A stretch of DNA of 38,539 bases from a virus (IMGVR_UViG_3300048896_000102:1-38539), one strand, 5' to 3'; positions 6,630 to 15,949 are shown, numbered from the stretch's first letter. The notes: generated from the letters alone by a model not told the origin. A program made the numbers and translations.

Positions 6630-6839
6630 ATGGATTGGATCTCGGTAAAAGATAGGCTGCCTGAGAACTATGTCGACGTGCTCATATACGACATAAAACA
6701 AGGTATATTCAGAGCCTCGGCAATCATCGAATATGGAGTTGCTTTCTGGACGGAAAGCTCAACAGGTTATTCTTGCTGCTCGGGGAATGTTGACCCAACA
6801 CACTGGATGCCTTTACCTGAAAGACCGGCATATGCCTGA
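6630..6839 (+). CDS. DUF551-domain protein
   Basis: MDWISVKDRLPE...PTHWMPLPERP. Confidence 0.88.
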   Translation: MDWISVKDRLPENYVDVLIYDIKQGIFRASAIIEYGVAFWTESSTGYSCCSGNVDPTHWMPLPERPAYA

Positions 6840-7083
6840 CTTTAGCCTTTGCGTTAACCTATCATGTCACATCAAAGCTAACTGCAGAAGACATACGTCA
6901 CCTGCGAGCAAACAGCAGGCTTGGGCGCATTTTGAGCCGACCAACAATACGCAATGTGAATTTCACCTTCCGACTACTGCAGCTTTTCATCAAAAGCAAA
7001 AAAAACCGACTATACCTAAGGAAGCAACTACTTGGCAAAAATTACCATCCCCTACGGATACAAGCCTAGACCTTATCAGCTGA
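6832..7083 (+). CDS. Cys-rich small phage protein
   Basis: MPDFSLC-x4-C-x5-CRRH...QCEF; internal ATG at 6832 coupled to the upstream gene. Confidence 0.55.
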   Translation: MPDFSLCVNLSCHIKANCRRHTSPASKQQAWAHFEPTNNTQCEFHLPTTAAFHQKQKKPTIPKEATTWQKLPSPTDTSLDLIS

Positions 7084-8363
7084 AGATCTTAAGCGCCTTA
7101 GACTCAGGAGTTAAAAACGCATGCTGGGTTGTTCATCGACGAGGTGGAAAAGACACGACCATGTGGAACTACATGATAAAAAGAGCCTACATGGAGCCTG
7201 GGACTTACTATTACTTTTTACCTACTTTTGCTCAAGCGAAGCGCGTAATCTGGGATGGTATGACAAACACTGGGCAACGGATGCTCGATTACATCCCGAA
7301 GGCTATCATCGACGGAAATCCAAACAACACAGAAATGAAGATCTGGATCAACGGGGCTAAGGGCCAATCTCTGATCCAACTCGTCGCCGGAGATGCCTAC
7401 GACGGAATCATGGGAACTAATCCTAAGGGGGTCGTCTTTTCCGAGTGGTCTTTGATGGACCCTATGGCATACGACTTTGTTAAGCCTATTCTTGCCGCTA
7501 ACGGAGGTTGGGCCGTGTTCATCTACACACCAAGAGGTAAGAACCATGGCTGGGACCTCAGTGAAATTGCAAGACGAAATCCACAAGATTGGTTTCATGA
7601 AGTTTTGACTTGCAGAGAGACCGACGTGTTGACCGAAGAGCAGATAGAGACAGAACGCAGAAAAGGCATGCCTGAAGATATGATTCAGCAAGAGTTTTAC
7701 TGCAACTTTAACCGAGGTCAAGAAGGTTCCTATTACGGGAAACAGATGGACCAGCTTAGGAAAAACGGTCAGATCTGCAGCGTTCCGTTTGACCCAGCTA
7801 TCCCTGTGAAGACCTACTGGGACCTTGGAATCGGCGATAGTACCGCAATTTGGTTTGCTCAATACGTAGGTAAAGAAGTTCATTTGATCAACTATTATGA
7901 AAATTCAGGTGAAGGACTATCTCACTATGCACGAGTTCTGGACGACTACCGGAGAGAAACCGGATGCGTATATGATCTTCATGTTGCTCCACATGACATT
8001 CAAGCGCGGGAGCTGAGTACAGGCAAGACGAGGCTTGAAACAGCCCGTCGCTTAGGTTTGAATTTCCGTGTTGCCCCAAAGCTTTCCCTAGAAGCTGGAA
8101 TAGAAGCGACTCGTAGCATTCTCTCAAGAAGCTGGTTTGATGAAAAACAATGCGAGCAAGGTGTGAAGTGTCTTGAAAACTACAGGAAGTCTTACAATGA
8201 AAAGTATCGCGTTTATGGAGATCGGCCTTTTCATGACTGGTCATCTCACGGCGCTGACAGTTTCCGGTATTTAGCGATAACCGAGACAGAGTTTCGTCCC
8301 GATCAAGGGGTTGGAGACAATCAATACGAGTTGATGAAGCAGAATTGGGGATGGAAGGTTTAG
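7032..8363 (+). CDS. terL: Terminase large subunit
   Basis: PRPYQ, HRRGGKDT Walker A, VVFSE Walker B, YTPRGKNH, WDLGIGD and SHGADSFRY nuclease motifs. Confidence 0.95.
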   Translation: MAKITIPYGYKPRPYQLKILSALDSGVKNACWVVHRRGGKDTTMWNYMIKRAYMEPGTYYYFLPTFAQAKRVIWDGMTNTGQRMLDYIPKAIIDGNPNNTEMKIWINGAKGQSLIQLVAGDAYDGIMGTNPKGVVFSEWSLMDPMAYDFVKPILAANGGWAVFIYTPRGKNHGWDLSEIARRNPQDWFHEVLTCRETDVLTEEQIETERRKGMPEDMIQQEFYCNFNRGQEGSYYGKQMDQLRKNGQICSVPFDPAIPVKTYWDLGIGDSTAIWFAQYVGKEVHLINYYENSGEGLSHYARVLDDYRRETGCVYDLHVAPHDIQARELSTGKTRLETARRLGLNFRVAPKLSLEAGIEATRSILSRSWFDEKQCEQGVKCLENYRKSYNEKYRVYGDRPFHDWSSHGADSFRYLAITETEFRPDQGVGDNQYELMKQNWGWKV

Positions 8364-8486
8364 CAAAAACTTCCTCGTTCAAAGCATGCATTTCATCGTT
8401 TAAGATTTCCCTGAGGTAATCTTTTATGGACTTTTCTGTGTTCATACTATCTCGATAGTAAAAGTAATTTAATTTATAACAAAATT

Positions 8487-9515
8487 TCAAATATCTCTTT
8501 GTCTCATTTCTTGTAGAATAGTGCAAAACGTGTGTCGAGGTAGATCATAATATGCATCTTTGCCTGTCAATTTATTAGTGCAATAACGCGCTTTTATGTC
8601 TAAACATGTTAGATTGTGCTCTTGTTTGAATTTTTCAGCAAACTCTTTGTTTGAAGATTTCCTTTCTTCAAGCTCTAAGTAGTTGTCGTCCAGCGCTTTC
8701 TGCATCCACCTAACAGGATGTTCTATGTATTTTTTACTAGTTTTTAGCGTCTTAAAAAGAAGCTTTAAAGTTTCTAGTATGTAGTTTGTTTCATATTTTT
8801 GTATCCATTTACACATTTCGTTAGCCGAAATTCCAGCCTTAATGTACTCGTTTTCTTGAGATAGGATTTCTACAATATCCGGATCCTCGAAGTCGATTTT
8901 GTTTGGTTCCTGTTGTTTCTTCTTTTTTTTAGAAAAAGGGAACGGGCCCTCCGCAGGAGTCGGCGTAGCCGAAACGAACGATTGACCTTTAGACTTATGA
9001 ACAATTCGAGGCTTCTCTTCGTTCGTTTTCTTAAATATAGGTTCTTTCTTAAGGTGTTCGTTCTTCTGTCCTTCTGGTGAGACATGGGTGTCCTTCCCAT
9101 GAGACATGGGTGTCCCTGTGGTGAGACACGTTAATTTATTTTTGAAATAGTTGTGATTTTCCCACCAAATGTCTGTAATTTTCACTCTGTCAGCCTGCTC
9201 TTTTTTCTTGTCTCCAGGAAAATTTAAAATCAAACTTTTTCCGTTTAATTCAGGTCTTTTCTCTAAAAGTTCAAGTTTAGCGCGAGCTACAGAATCTTTA
9301 GAAATATTGCATTTTTTAGCCAGACCACGAAGTCCAACCCATGATGTTCCTCCAGGGCCAGCAATCCTACGGTATTTTGTATAGAGCAACAATGCGTTAT
9401 TGGATATAAGCCCGGCTTCGTGGAGCTCATCAACTATGTTAGGTATTTCGATTCTGTAAGTGCGAGGTGATTCTTCAAATGAGATTTCTTCGATGACTTC
9501 TGTTTCGTATGACAC
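8487..9515 (-). CDS. Replication initiator protein (N-terminal wHTH, lambda O / DnaD-like layout)
   Basis: IPNIVD...LLYTKYRRIAG...SWVGLRGLAKKCNISKDSV HTH; internal iterons; C-terminal helical domain. Confidence 0.75.
   Translation of the reverse strand: MSYETEVIEEISFEESPRTYRIEIPNIVDELHEAGLISNNALLLYTKYRRIAGPGGTSWVGLRGLAKKCNISKDSVARAKLELLEKRPELNGKSLILNFPGDKKKEQADRVKITDIWWENHNYFKNKLTCLTTGTPMSHGKDTHVSPEGQKNEHLKKEPIFKKTNEEKPRIVHKSKGQSFVSATPTPAEGPFPFSKKKKKQQEPNKIDFEDPDIVEILSQENEYIKAGISANEMCKWIQKYETNYILETLKLLFKTLKTSKKYIEHPVRWMQKALDDNYLELEERKSSNKEFAEKFKQEHNLTCLDIKARYCTNKLTGKDAYYDLPRHTFCTILQEMRQRDI
9067..9128. repeat. Three 18-bp iterons with 22-bp period inside the initiator gene (probable origin)
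   Basis: TGTCCTTCTGGTGAGACA (9067), TGTCCTTCCCATGAGACA (9089), TGTCCCTGTGGTGAGACA (9111), separated by TGGG; AT-rich flank. Confidence 0.8.
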
Positions 9516-9558
9516 GAGGAGCTCCTATTTTTTTCGCCAAAATGTTATTTTTTGGTTC

Positions 9559-9587
9559 TTGCAAAAAAGGAGGATCCTGTATATGTT
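9559..9587 (+). promoter_or_regulatory. Candidate promoter antisense to the rep leader
   Basis: TTGCAA-17 nt-TATGTT. Confidence 0.5.
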
Positions 9588-9758
9588 GGGACATATAACT
9601 TCGCAGTTTGTAAGCAAAAACCAAATTTTGCTAACTTCGCAAGCAGCGCAGTTAAGTTGGATCTTCCTTTTTGCAAAACATTATTATTGGTTTTGCAGAA
9701 CGTTATTTTTGAAAGTGTGTTTACCGGCGAAAGTTAGACACTTATCAAATTGCTTCAA

Positions 9759-9787
9759 ACAATATTCCACTTCAAGAATTCTGTCAA
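9759..9787 (-). promoter_or_regulatory. Candidate rep promoter
   Basis: TTGACA-17 nt-TATTGT on the minus strand. Confidence 0.6.
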
Positions 9788-9834
9788 AGACTTCTTGAAT
9801 GTAAACTAAAAACTCCTTTCACAGAGGTAGTTTC

Positions 9835-9869
9835 GAGGCTCATCTAGTAATAGGTGGGTCTTTTTTTTT
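9835..9869 (+). terminator. Rho-independent terminator
   Basis: gaggctcatcta-gtaa-taggtgggtc followed by a long T run. Confidence 0.7.
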
Positions 9870-10001
9870 GTTCCTAAGTCACTCATCTTCAAGCACTACA
9901 TCTAGTATTCAAAAACAATATATTGAGTTTACGTGCATTTTTCTCTGTCTCAACATATAAAAATAAGTTTAAAATTATTTTTTGACAAACGTAGGAGATA
10001 G

Positions 10002-12005
10002 ATGCCCACAAATTCCGATATTGTTTCAGACTTCACTCAAGACTATAACCGCGCATACATGCTCTTAAACACATATTACGCTGAAGCTTATCGCGACGTC
10101 GGAATGTACTTAGGAAATCAGTGGTCACTCGAGCAGCTCAAATATCTAAACGAAGAAAGACGTAACTCGTTTACATTCAATAAGATACGTAAATCTATCG
10201 ACATGGTTAGCGGTTATCTCAGTGCTAACGAACACGCAAGCGTAGTTGTGCCTAAGGAAAACTCTAATCCCGAGACAGCAGATCAGCTTTCAAGGCTTCT
10301 AGACCAAGTTATGAAGAAGTCTGGATACAAAGCTATGCAGAAAGCTAGGCATGGCTCTTTGATCTCAGGTGTGTCCTGGGTATCTCCTTGGATAGATTAC
10401 AGAAAAGATTACATCAATGGCCAAATTTCCTTTCACGTAGACAACTGGAACGACGTGATCTGGGACCCCTTCAGTTACCGCATGGACCTTGAAGACTGTA
10501 CATTTGTTGCTCGACGCAAGTACTTGAGCAAGGATGTTATTAAATCTTTAGTTCCTGGGTGTGAGCGCGAGATTGACTCAATGGGTTATGGCAACCGTGA
10601 CGAGAAGTTTACATACGAGCCATACGCCAGACAGTGGGGTTTGCAAGAACTTTTAGCCTACAACGAGTACTGGAAACGCAGATACAAGAAAGGCGCAATT
10701 CTTGTCGACAAGAAGACAGGAGAACAAAAACCTTGGAAAGGCACGCAGCAAAGACTTGAAATGATGAAGGGAATGTTCCCAAATCTTGCTGTGATTGAAG
10801 GTTACTACAAGACTGTCGAGTATAATGTTATTGTTGAAAACAGGCTCCTGTATAGCGGCGAAGACCCTTGGGGCATAGGCGATTATCCGTTTGTTCCTTT
10901 CTATAGTGTCTTTGAGCCGTCTTACGATCTATACCAATGGAAATTCCAGTCTCTAGTACGCCTCATGCGTGATTCTCAAGAAGAATATAACATGCGTAAG
11001 TCTAAACTTTTAGACATCGTAGACTCTCAGATTGGTTCAGGATGGAAAGCTAAGTCTGGAGCTGTTTCTAATCCTAAAGCCTTGTTCCAAACCGGACAAG
11101 GAAAAGTCGTGTTCTTTAACCCCGGCTTTGAGCTCGGAGACGCAGAACGCATAGATGCACCAAACATTCCGGAGTCTTTGTTCCAACTCAGCGACAGCTT
11201 CGACTCGGACATTAAAGACTTCATCGACCTCGGTGCACTAGGAAATGACCAGACAGATCGAATGAGCGGTGTCTTATACAAGATGAAGCAAAGCATGGCT
11301 GTGATGCAGCTAGGGCCGATTGTTGAGAATTTCCGAGAAGCTCAGCACCTCTTGAGCGGAAAAGTCTTAAAGATGATCCAGAAGTACACGCCTGACAAGG
11401 TTGAACGACTGATCAAAGAAGAGCCAACTCCTGAGTTTCACAACAACACCTTCCTCGAATATGACATTGACGTGATCGAGATGGCTATGACGGATACTCA
11501 GAAGGCAGCTCAGTTTATGCAAGCTTGGCAGATGAAAATGGGTGGAATCGATGTCCCAGCCGACATGCTCTGGGAACTCTCTCCTTATCCGATCGACAAG
11601 AAATTCAAACAAAGACTCGAAGCTCAAGCTCAACAAGCCGAAGCCGCAGCTCAACAAGAGATTGAAGACAAGAAACAAGTTAACGAACTCCTTCAGGCTA
11701 AGGCATTTAGCGATATATCTCTAGGCGAAGAACGTCTAAGCCGTATTAAGTACGACGCAGCTCTCAGTGAAGAACGATTGGCTGCAGCTCAAGAAGAAAG
11801 AGCTCGTAGCGTGATTGATGTTGTTCGAGCAGGAAAAGAGCTTCAAGAGATGGAAATGAAGCAACAAGGCATGGGCATAGAGCACGCCAACTCAATCCTT
11901 GAGATCATCCGAGGCATAGAAGAAGAACAAAGACTTAAAGCGGCAGACACAATTGTCCCTCAGCCTGCCGTGAATGAAGGCCAACCGAAAAAGGAAAAAC
12001 AATGA
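10002..12005 (+). CDS. Portal protein (P22-like)
   Basis: 667 aa; Y.GNQW, FNKI, DLEDC.FV, DYPFVPF, SLVR...DSQ...N motifs; C-terminal coiled coil; AGGAG RBS. Confidence 0.9.
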   Translation: MPTNSDIVSDFTQDYNRAYMLLNTYYAEAYRDVGMYLGNQWSLEQLKYLNEERRNSFTFNKIRKSIDMVSGYLSANEHASVVVPKENSNPETADQLSRLLDQVMKKSGYKAMQKARHGSLISGVSWVSPWIDYRKDYINGQISFHVDNWNDVIWDPFSYRMDLEDCTFVARRKYLSKDVIKSLVPGCEREIDSMGYGNRDEKFTYEPYARQWGLQELLAYNEYWKRRYKKGAILVDKKTGEQKPWKGTQQRLEMMKGMFPNLAVIEGYYKTVEYNVIVENRLLYSGEDPWGIGDYPFVPFYSVFEPSYDLYQWKFQSLVRLMRDSQEEYNMRKSKLLDIVDSQIGSGWKAKSGAVSNPKALFQTGQGKVVFFNPGFELGDAERIDAPNIPESLFQLSDSFDSDIKDFIDLGALGNDQTDRMSGVLYKMKQSMAVMQLGPIVENFREAQHLLSGKVLKMIQKYTPDKVERLIKEEPTPEFHNNTFLEYDIDVIEMAMTDTQKAAQFMQAWQMKMGGIDVPADMLWELSPYPIDKKFKQRLEAQAQQAEAAAQQEIEDKKQVNELLQAKAFSDISLGEERLSRIKYDAALSEERLAAAQEERARSVIDVVRAGKELQEMEMKQQGMGIEHANSILEIIRGIEEEQRLKAADTIVPQPAVNEGQPKKEKQ

Positions 12006-12235
12006 TTAATCATGATTTTTTAACTTCAGAAGCTAATCCGCTTTTGGATCGATATCAAAAAGGCGAATTAAACGCTTCTTGGGCTTCTCAACTCGATGTT
12101 GTTGGAATGCAGCCTCATGCACGCGAGTATCTCGAACATCAAGCAACTTGCCAGCGCAGCTATCGTTGCTTTGAGACTATCGATGGTCAAGAGATCGACT
12201 ATGCTCCTGGGATTCAATTCACAGGTTCGCCATGA
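12002..12235 (+). CDS. Hypothetical protein
   Basis: ATGA overlap with the portal stop. Confidence 0.65.
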   Translation: MINHDFLTSEANPLLDRYQKGELNASWASQLDVVGMQPHAREYLEHQATCQRSYRCFETIDGQEIDYAPGIQFTGSP

Positions 12236-12402
12236 ATCCTACACTCTTTGCACCGACAAACATGCTTCCTCAAGGTCCCGATTACGAGACACAAACTCCT
12301 GTTATGAGCGACTTGCAAAACATGTTAGCTCAAGAGAGAAAACAACACCAAGACGCATACGGTTACGCGAATGGACACAACGATCACGGAATGGGTCAAT
12401 AA
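12232..12402 (+). CDS. Small hypothetical protein (56 aa, not in ORF track)
   Basis: MNPTLFAPTNMLPQGPDYETQ...GMGQ; ATGA overlap upstream and TAATG overlap downstream. Confidence 0.6.
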   Translation: MNPTLFAPTNMLPQGPDYETQTPVMSDLQNMLAQERKQHQDAYGYANGHNDHGMGQ

Positions 12403-12716
12403 TGCAAGACAAAGGCAACTTAAATACATTGCTGCCGCAACCAGGTCAATACGACAGTTACAATCCGACTTTTCATCCGTTACCTGGCGAATGGGCGCAG
12501 CAACAATTGAGTGGGAAAACGCAAACTCGAAATGAGCATACCGAATCGAATAAGCCTCAGACTGAAATTAAACGTGCTCTAGCGGCCGAACGCGCTCAAC
12601 ACGAGTATTGGGAAGAATGGCAAGGAGTAACGCCAGGAAAGGCTGTTTACGAAGATCCAAGAGCATTTCAAAATACGCTACTCCCAACCGCAAGATACGG
12701 AACCGACGGAAGATAA
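12402..12716 (+). CDS. Hypothetical protein
   Basis: 3' half of ORF 12096-12716 from MQDKGNL; TAATG coupling at both ends. Confidence 0.6.
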   Translation: MQDKGNLNTLLPQPGQYDSYNPTFHPLPGEWAQQQLSGKTQTRNEHTESNKPQTEIKRALAAERAQHEYWEEWQGVTPGKAVYEDPRAFQNTLLPTARYGTDGR

Positions 12717-12835
12717 TGAAAAAGAAAAAACAATCAGCGCTTGAAAAAGCTCGCAGCGCGTTGAAGAAGACAGAGGGCGCTAATACGCCACTGAGTATCA
12801 AGAAAAAGTTGAAAGTAAAAGAGGTGAATAAATGA
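12716..12835 (+). CDS. Small Lys-rich protein (39 aa)
   Basis: MKKKKQSALEKARS...; coupled at both ends. Confidence 0.5.
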   Translation: MKKKKQSALEKARSALKKTEGANTPLSIKKKLKVKEVNK

Positions 12836-13068
12836 AAAACATGAAAGCAAGTGGATTTGAATCCATGGAGCAAGACAACCAAAGATCTCCAATGGTTAGT
12901 CATCAGTCAGAGATGACTCCTGGCTCTGTTGCTGAAAACTGGAAGACAGGTGTTTACGAGATGAAATCAGACGCGATGGATGAAGCCTACGGCATGGCCG
13001 GAAAAGGTGGAACAGATTCGTCTTTCTCTAAAGCACATAGCCAGTTCCGCGACTACAACTGGAGCTAA
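12832..13068 (+). CDS. Hypothetical head-region protein
   Basis: GAGGTG RBS; Met/Ser/Gly-rich. Confidence 0.65.
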   Translation: MKNMKASGFESMEQDNQRSPMVSHQSEMTPGSVAENWKTGVYEMKSDAMDEAYGMAGKGGTDSSFSKAHSQFRDYNWS

Positions 13069-13071
13069 TGC

Positions 13072-13482
13072 ATGCAGACAACACTGATAGGCGAGAAACG
13101 CAACTCCAATCAGCAACAGATGGGAGAAACTCGAGAACCAATGGCATTCGACTGTTGGGGCGACGCAAACCGTTTAGCCGAATCTTACTCAAAAAAGATG
13201 CAACGTGATTTCTGGATATTATTTGCCGCTAAACCACACACAGAGCATAAGAACGCTCTTGTAATGGGCTGGGAGGTTATCGCAAAGAAGCCTCCGAGGG
13301 CAATGGTCGGAGTTATGGTGTTCAAGTGGAGTCACAGAGAGCAAGAACTGACTGTCGAGACTGACATAAGTTTGCCATACGATGTGCCGATTTCCGAATC
13401 GGAGATGTCTACAAGCAAAAAAGATATCATCCTGACTTTAGCTGACGCGGCCAAAAGATCAAATTCGATCTTGTTGGCTTAA
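13072..13482 (+). CDS. Hypothetical head-region protein
   Basis: 136 aa ORF within the head operon. Confidence 0.7.
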   Translation: MQTTLIGEKRNSNQQQMGETREPMAFDCWGDANRLAESYSKKMQRDFWILFAAKPHTEHKNALVMGWEVIAKKPPRAMVGVMVFKWSHREQELTVETDISLPYDVPISESEMSTSKKDIILTLADAAKRSNSILLA

Positions 13483-13530
13483 TTTCCGAAAAAAGGCGTT
13501 ATCGATCTCTCGCCAAGGTCTAAGGAATGA

Positions 13531-14274
13531 ATGGACGAATTAGATATGTCTCTGCCGAGCAACGAGTTATTTGCAGAGCCTCAGAATACAAACTACAACT
13601 CGTATCAAGACGTAAATGTGGGTCCTTCCGTCGAGGATCCTTTGAATATGGGCGTAACTACAACTCCTGATGTCGCCAATCAAGGGCTTTCCGATAAGGA
13701 AATGAATTTTAAAGCTTTACGTGAAGAAGCAGCCAAGTTGAAGCAGCAGTCAGAGTATTGGCGCGGACAAGCCGAAGCCTACTCGAAACAGCCAGCTAGA
13801 CAAGAACCAGTAGCCGAAGCCAACCCTTACGAGAAAATAGACTGGGATGACGGACGCGATGTACGCAAAGCCTTCGATGCATTAAGACAAGAAAATGAGT
13901 CGATGAGAAACCAATTTCAAGATTCATTGACTGCTATGTCAACGAAGACCAAGCATCAAGACTGGGATAAAATGGTTACGGATCACGTACCGCAATTAAC
14001 TAGCACTAACCCGATATTTGCAGAAATGATTCAAAAAGCCAGCAATCCATATGAGGCCGCGTATCTACTGTCCGAATTAAATCAACGTGCTCAGAATGCA
14101 AGTCAACAGTCAACACAAGTCAACTATGCACAACGAGCTTTGACCAATTCCCAGAAGCCCCAAACGCTAGCAAGCGTAGGCGGCGGAGGAACTCTTAGTA
14201 GCGCTGACTATTACGCTAATATGTCAGACGACGATTTCATGAAAATAGCTGGTAAGAATTTAGCAAATATCTAA
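13531..14274 (+). CDS. Capsid scaffolding protein
   Basis: Position before the MCP; acidic N-terminus, coiled coil NFKALREEA, C-terminal MSDDDF helix. Confidence 0.75.
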   Translation: MDELDMSLPSNELFAEPQNTNYNSYQDVNVGPSVEDPLNMGVTTTPDVANQGLSDKEMNFKALREEAAKLKQQSEYWRGQAEAYSKQPARQEPVAEANPYEKIDWDDGRDVRKAFDALRQENESMRNQFQDSLTAMSTKTKHQDWDKMVTDHVPQLTSTNPIFAEMIQKASNPYEAAYLLSELNQRAQNASQQSTQVNYAQRALTNSQKPQTLASVGGGGTLSSADYYANMSDDDFMKIAGKNLANI

Positions 14275-14291
14275 ACCAAAAGGTTTAGACA

Positions 14292-15236
14292 ATGCCACTT
14301 ACTACAACAGCACAAGTGCCACCAGAAGTACGTACGTATTTCGACAGGCTCCTTCTTACTCTTGCGAGACCATATTATGTTTACGATATGTTTGCTCAAA
14401 AGAGAACTATTCCGCTTAATAGCGGCGATCAAATGATCTTTAGACGTTACTCGACTTTAACTGCAGCAACTGTGCCTATTGGCGATGGAACAACTCCTCC
14501 AGGAGATGCTCTTTCAGTTACTGACTTTAGTACTCAAGTTAAATGGTATGGTAACTTTGTAACTATTACAGACCAAGTTCAATTCACAGTTCAAGATAGA
14601 GTGTTGAACGAAGCAACTCGCGTTCTTTCGTTACAACTCGGTCTTACTATCGATACTTTGATTCGTAATATGATGGTTGCAACTGCGAGCTCCATTTCTT
14701 GCACACACGGCGGAAACGGTGGAACTCCAACTGAGATTTCAACTGCGGACATTAAAGTTGCAGTTAGAGCTCTTAGATTAGGTAATGCTCGTTTAATGAC
14801 TAAGCCAATTCAAGGTGAAAATCGTTTTGCAACTAGCCCTGTTCGTTCTAGTTACTGGGGCTTTATGGATGTAAATATTCAGAATGACCTTGAAGTTTGC
14901 GCGGACTTTATCTCAGCTGCTAACTATCCAAACCCAATGGACGCTCTAGAAGCTGAATGGGGTTCAACTAACAACGTTCGTTGGTTGCTTTCAACTAACG
15001 GATACGCAACTTCAGACACTATTCCAATTTACAATAGTATTATTTGCGGTCAAGAGTCTTACGGTGTTGTTAAGCTTGGTTCTAAAGAAGCCGAGTTTAT
15101 AGTTAAGCCTCTAGGTTCTTCCGGAACAAGCGATCCATTAAATCAGCGTGGTTCGGTTGGGTATAAGTATCCATTTGCAACTCGTTTGTTAAATGACAAC
15201 TGGATTACTCGTTTATTATCAACAGTTGGCGCTTAA
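14292..15236 (+). CDS. Major capsid protein (N4-gp56 family, HK97 fold)
   Basis: FAQKRTIPLNSG..MIFRRY, GTTP, YGNFV.ITD, E.G....VRW, DPLNQRGSVGYK. Confidence 0.92.
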   Translation: MPLTTTAQVPPEVRTYFDRLLLTLARPYYVYDMFAQKRTIPLNSGDQMIFRRYSTLTAATVPIGDGTTPPGDALSVTDFSTQVKWYGNFVTITDQVQFTVQDRVLNEATRVLSLQLGLTIDTLIRNMMVATASSISCTHGGNGGTPTEISTADIKVAVRALRLGNARLMTKPIQGENRFATSPVRSSYWGFMDVNIQNDLEVCADFISAANYPNPMDALEAEWGSTNNVRWLLSTNGYATSDTIPIYNSIICGQESYGVVKLGSKEAEFIVKPLGSSGTSDPLNQRGSVGYKYPFATRLLNDNWITRLLSTVGA

Positions 15237-15251
15237 CTATAGGAGGTTATT

Positions 15252-15941
15252 ATGCAATATAAAAATGGTTTAATCACCAGTACAGCTGCAGCCGTAAACT
15301 TACAGCTAGGATTTGTTCCTGATAAGTTCAAGGTTACAAACAACACCATCTTGGAAGCTAGCCCTTTAACAGGCGTTGGTTATTCCGAGTGGAATAAGTA
15401 TATGCCTGACGCATCGACAATTCAGTCTACTTTCACAGCCGGAGTAACTGCAACTTCATACGTCACAACTAACGGATTTACACCTCAGAGATCAGGCGGA
15501 GTCTATGCTAGCACAGTCTTAACAATCACAGGGTTCGTTAAGGCAACTGGAGTTGTTACTTTGTCTTCTATTGGCTCTTTGGTCAACGGAGACACAATCA
15601 CAATTTCAGGCGTTCTTGGGACAACTCAATTGAACACAAATAGATATATTGTTGGAAGCATCTCAGGGTCAACCTTCGTGCTTTACGACTTCTTTGGTAA
15701 TGCGGTAAATACCTCAGCCTATGGAACTTATGTATCTGGCGGTCAGATTGACATTATCTCAACACCTGCCGTAGCTCCTGTTATCAACGCAACAACTGGA
15801 CAAGTGACAACACCTGGACAACCTGCAGGGCTTCAGCTCGACACAGGTTACTATGGTATTACACTTGGAACTTCTGTTGTTGGAGCTTCTACAAATCAAT
15901 TGTTCTGGGAAGCTTGGAGCGATACTCCAGCCGGATACTAA
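15252..15941 (+). CDS. Probable capsid decoration or virion protein with an FCCH-like beta domain
   Basis: Follows the MCP with AGGAGG RBS; LGFVPD, NGDTITISGVLGTTQLN...Y..GG. Confidence 0.65.
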   Translation: MQYKNGLITSTAAAVNLQLGFVPDKFKVTNNTILEASPLTGVGYSEWNKYMPDASTIQSTFTAGVTATSYVTTNGFTPQRSGGVYASTVLTITGFVKATGVVTLSSIGSLVNGDTITISGVLGTTQLNTNRYIVGSISGSTFVLYDFFGNAVNTSAYGTYVSGGQIDIISTPAVAPVINATTGQVTTPGQPAGLQLDTGYYGITLGTSVVGASTNQLFWEAWSDTPAGY

Positions 15942-15949
15942 TTGTACTA

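Noticed and set aside
7218-8526. Long minus-strand ORFs 7218-7883 and 7888-8526
   Set aside because: Antisense shadows of terL without recognisable motifs
9067-9128. Mini CRISPR array
   Set aside because: Units are separated by an invariant 4 nt with no unique spacers and no cas operon; the PD-(D/E)XK nuclease is paired with ERF and shows no Cas4 cysteine cluster
9460-9798. Plus-strand ORFs 9460-9798 and 9552-9737
   Set aside because: Their starts lie upstream of the predicted plus-strand transcription start and they lack protein-like features; interpreted as regulatory RNA region
12096-12401. N-terminal half of the 206-aa ORF
   Set aside because: Overlaps two coupled genes in other frames; real start is likely 12402
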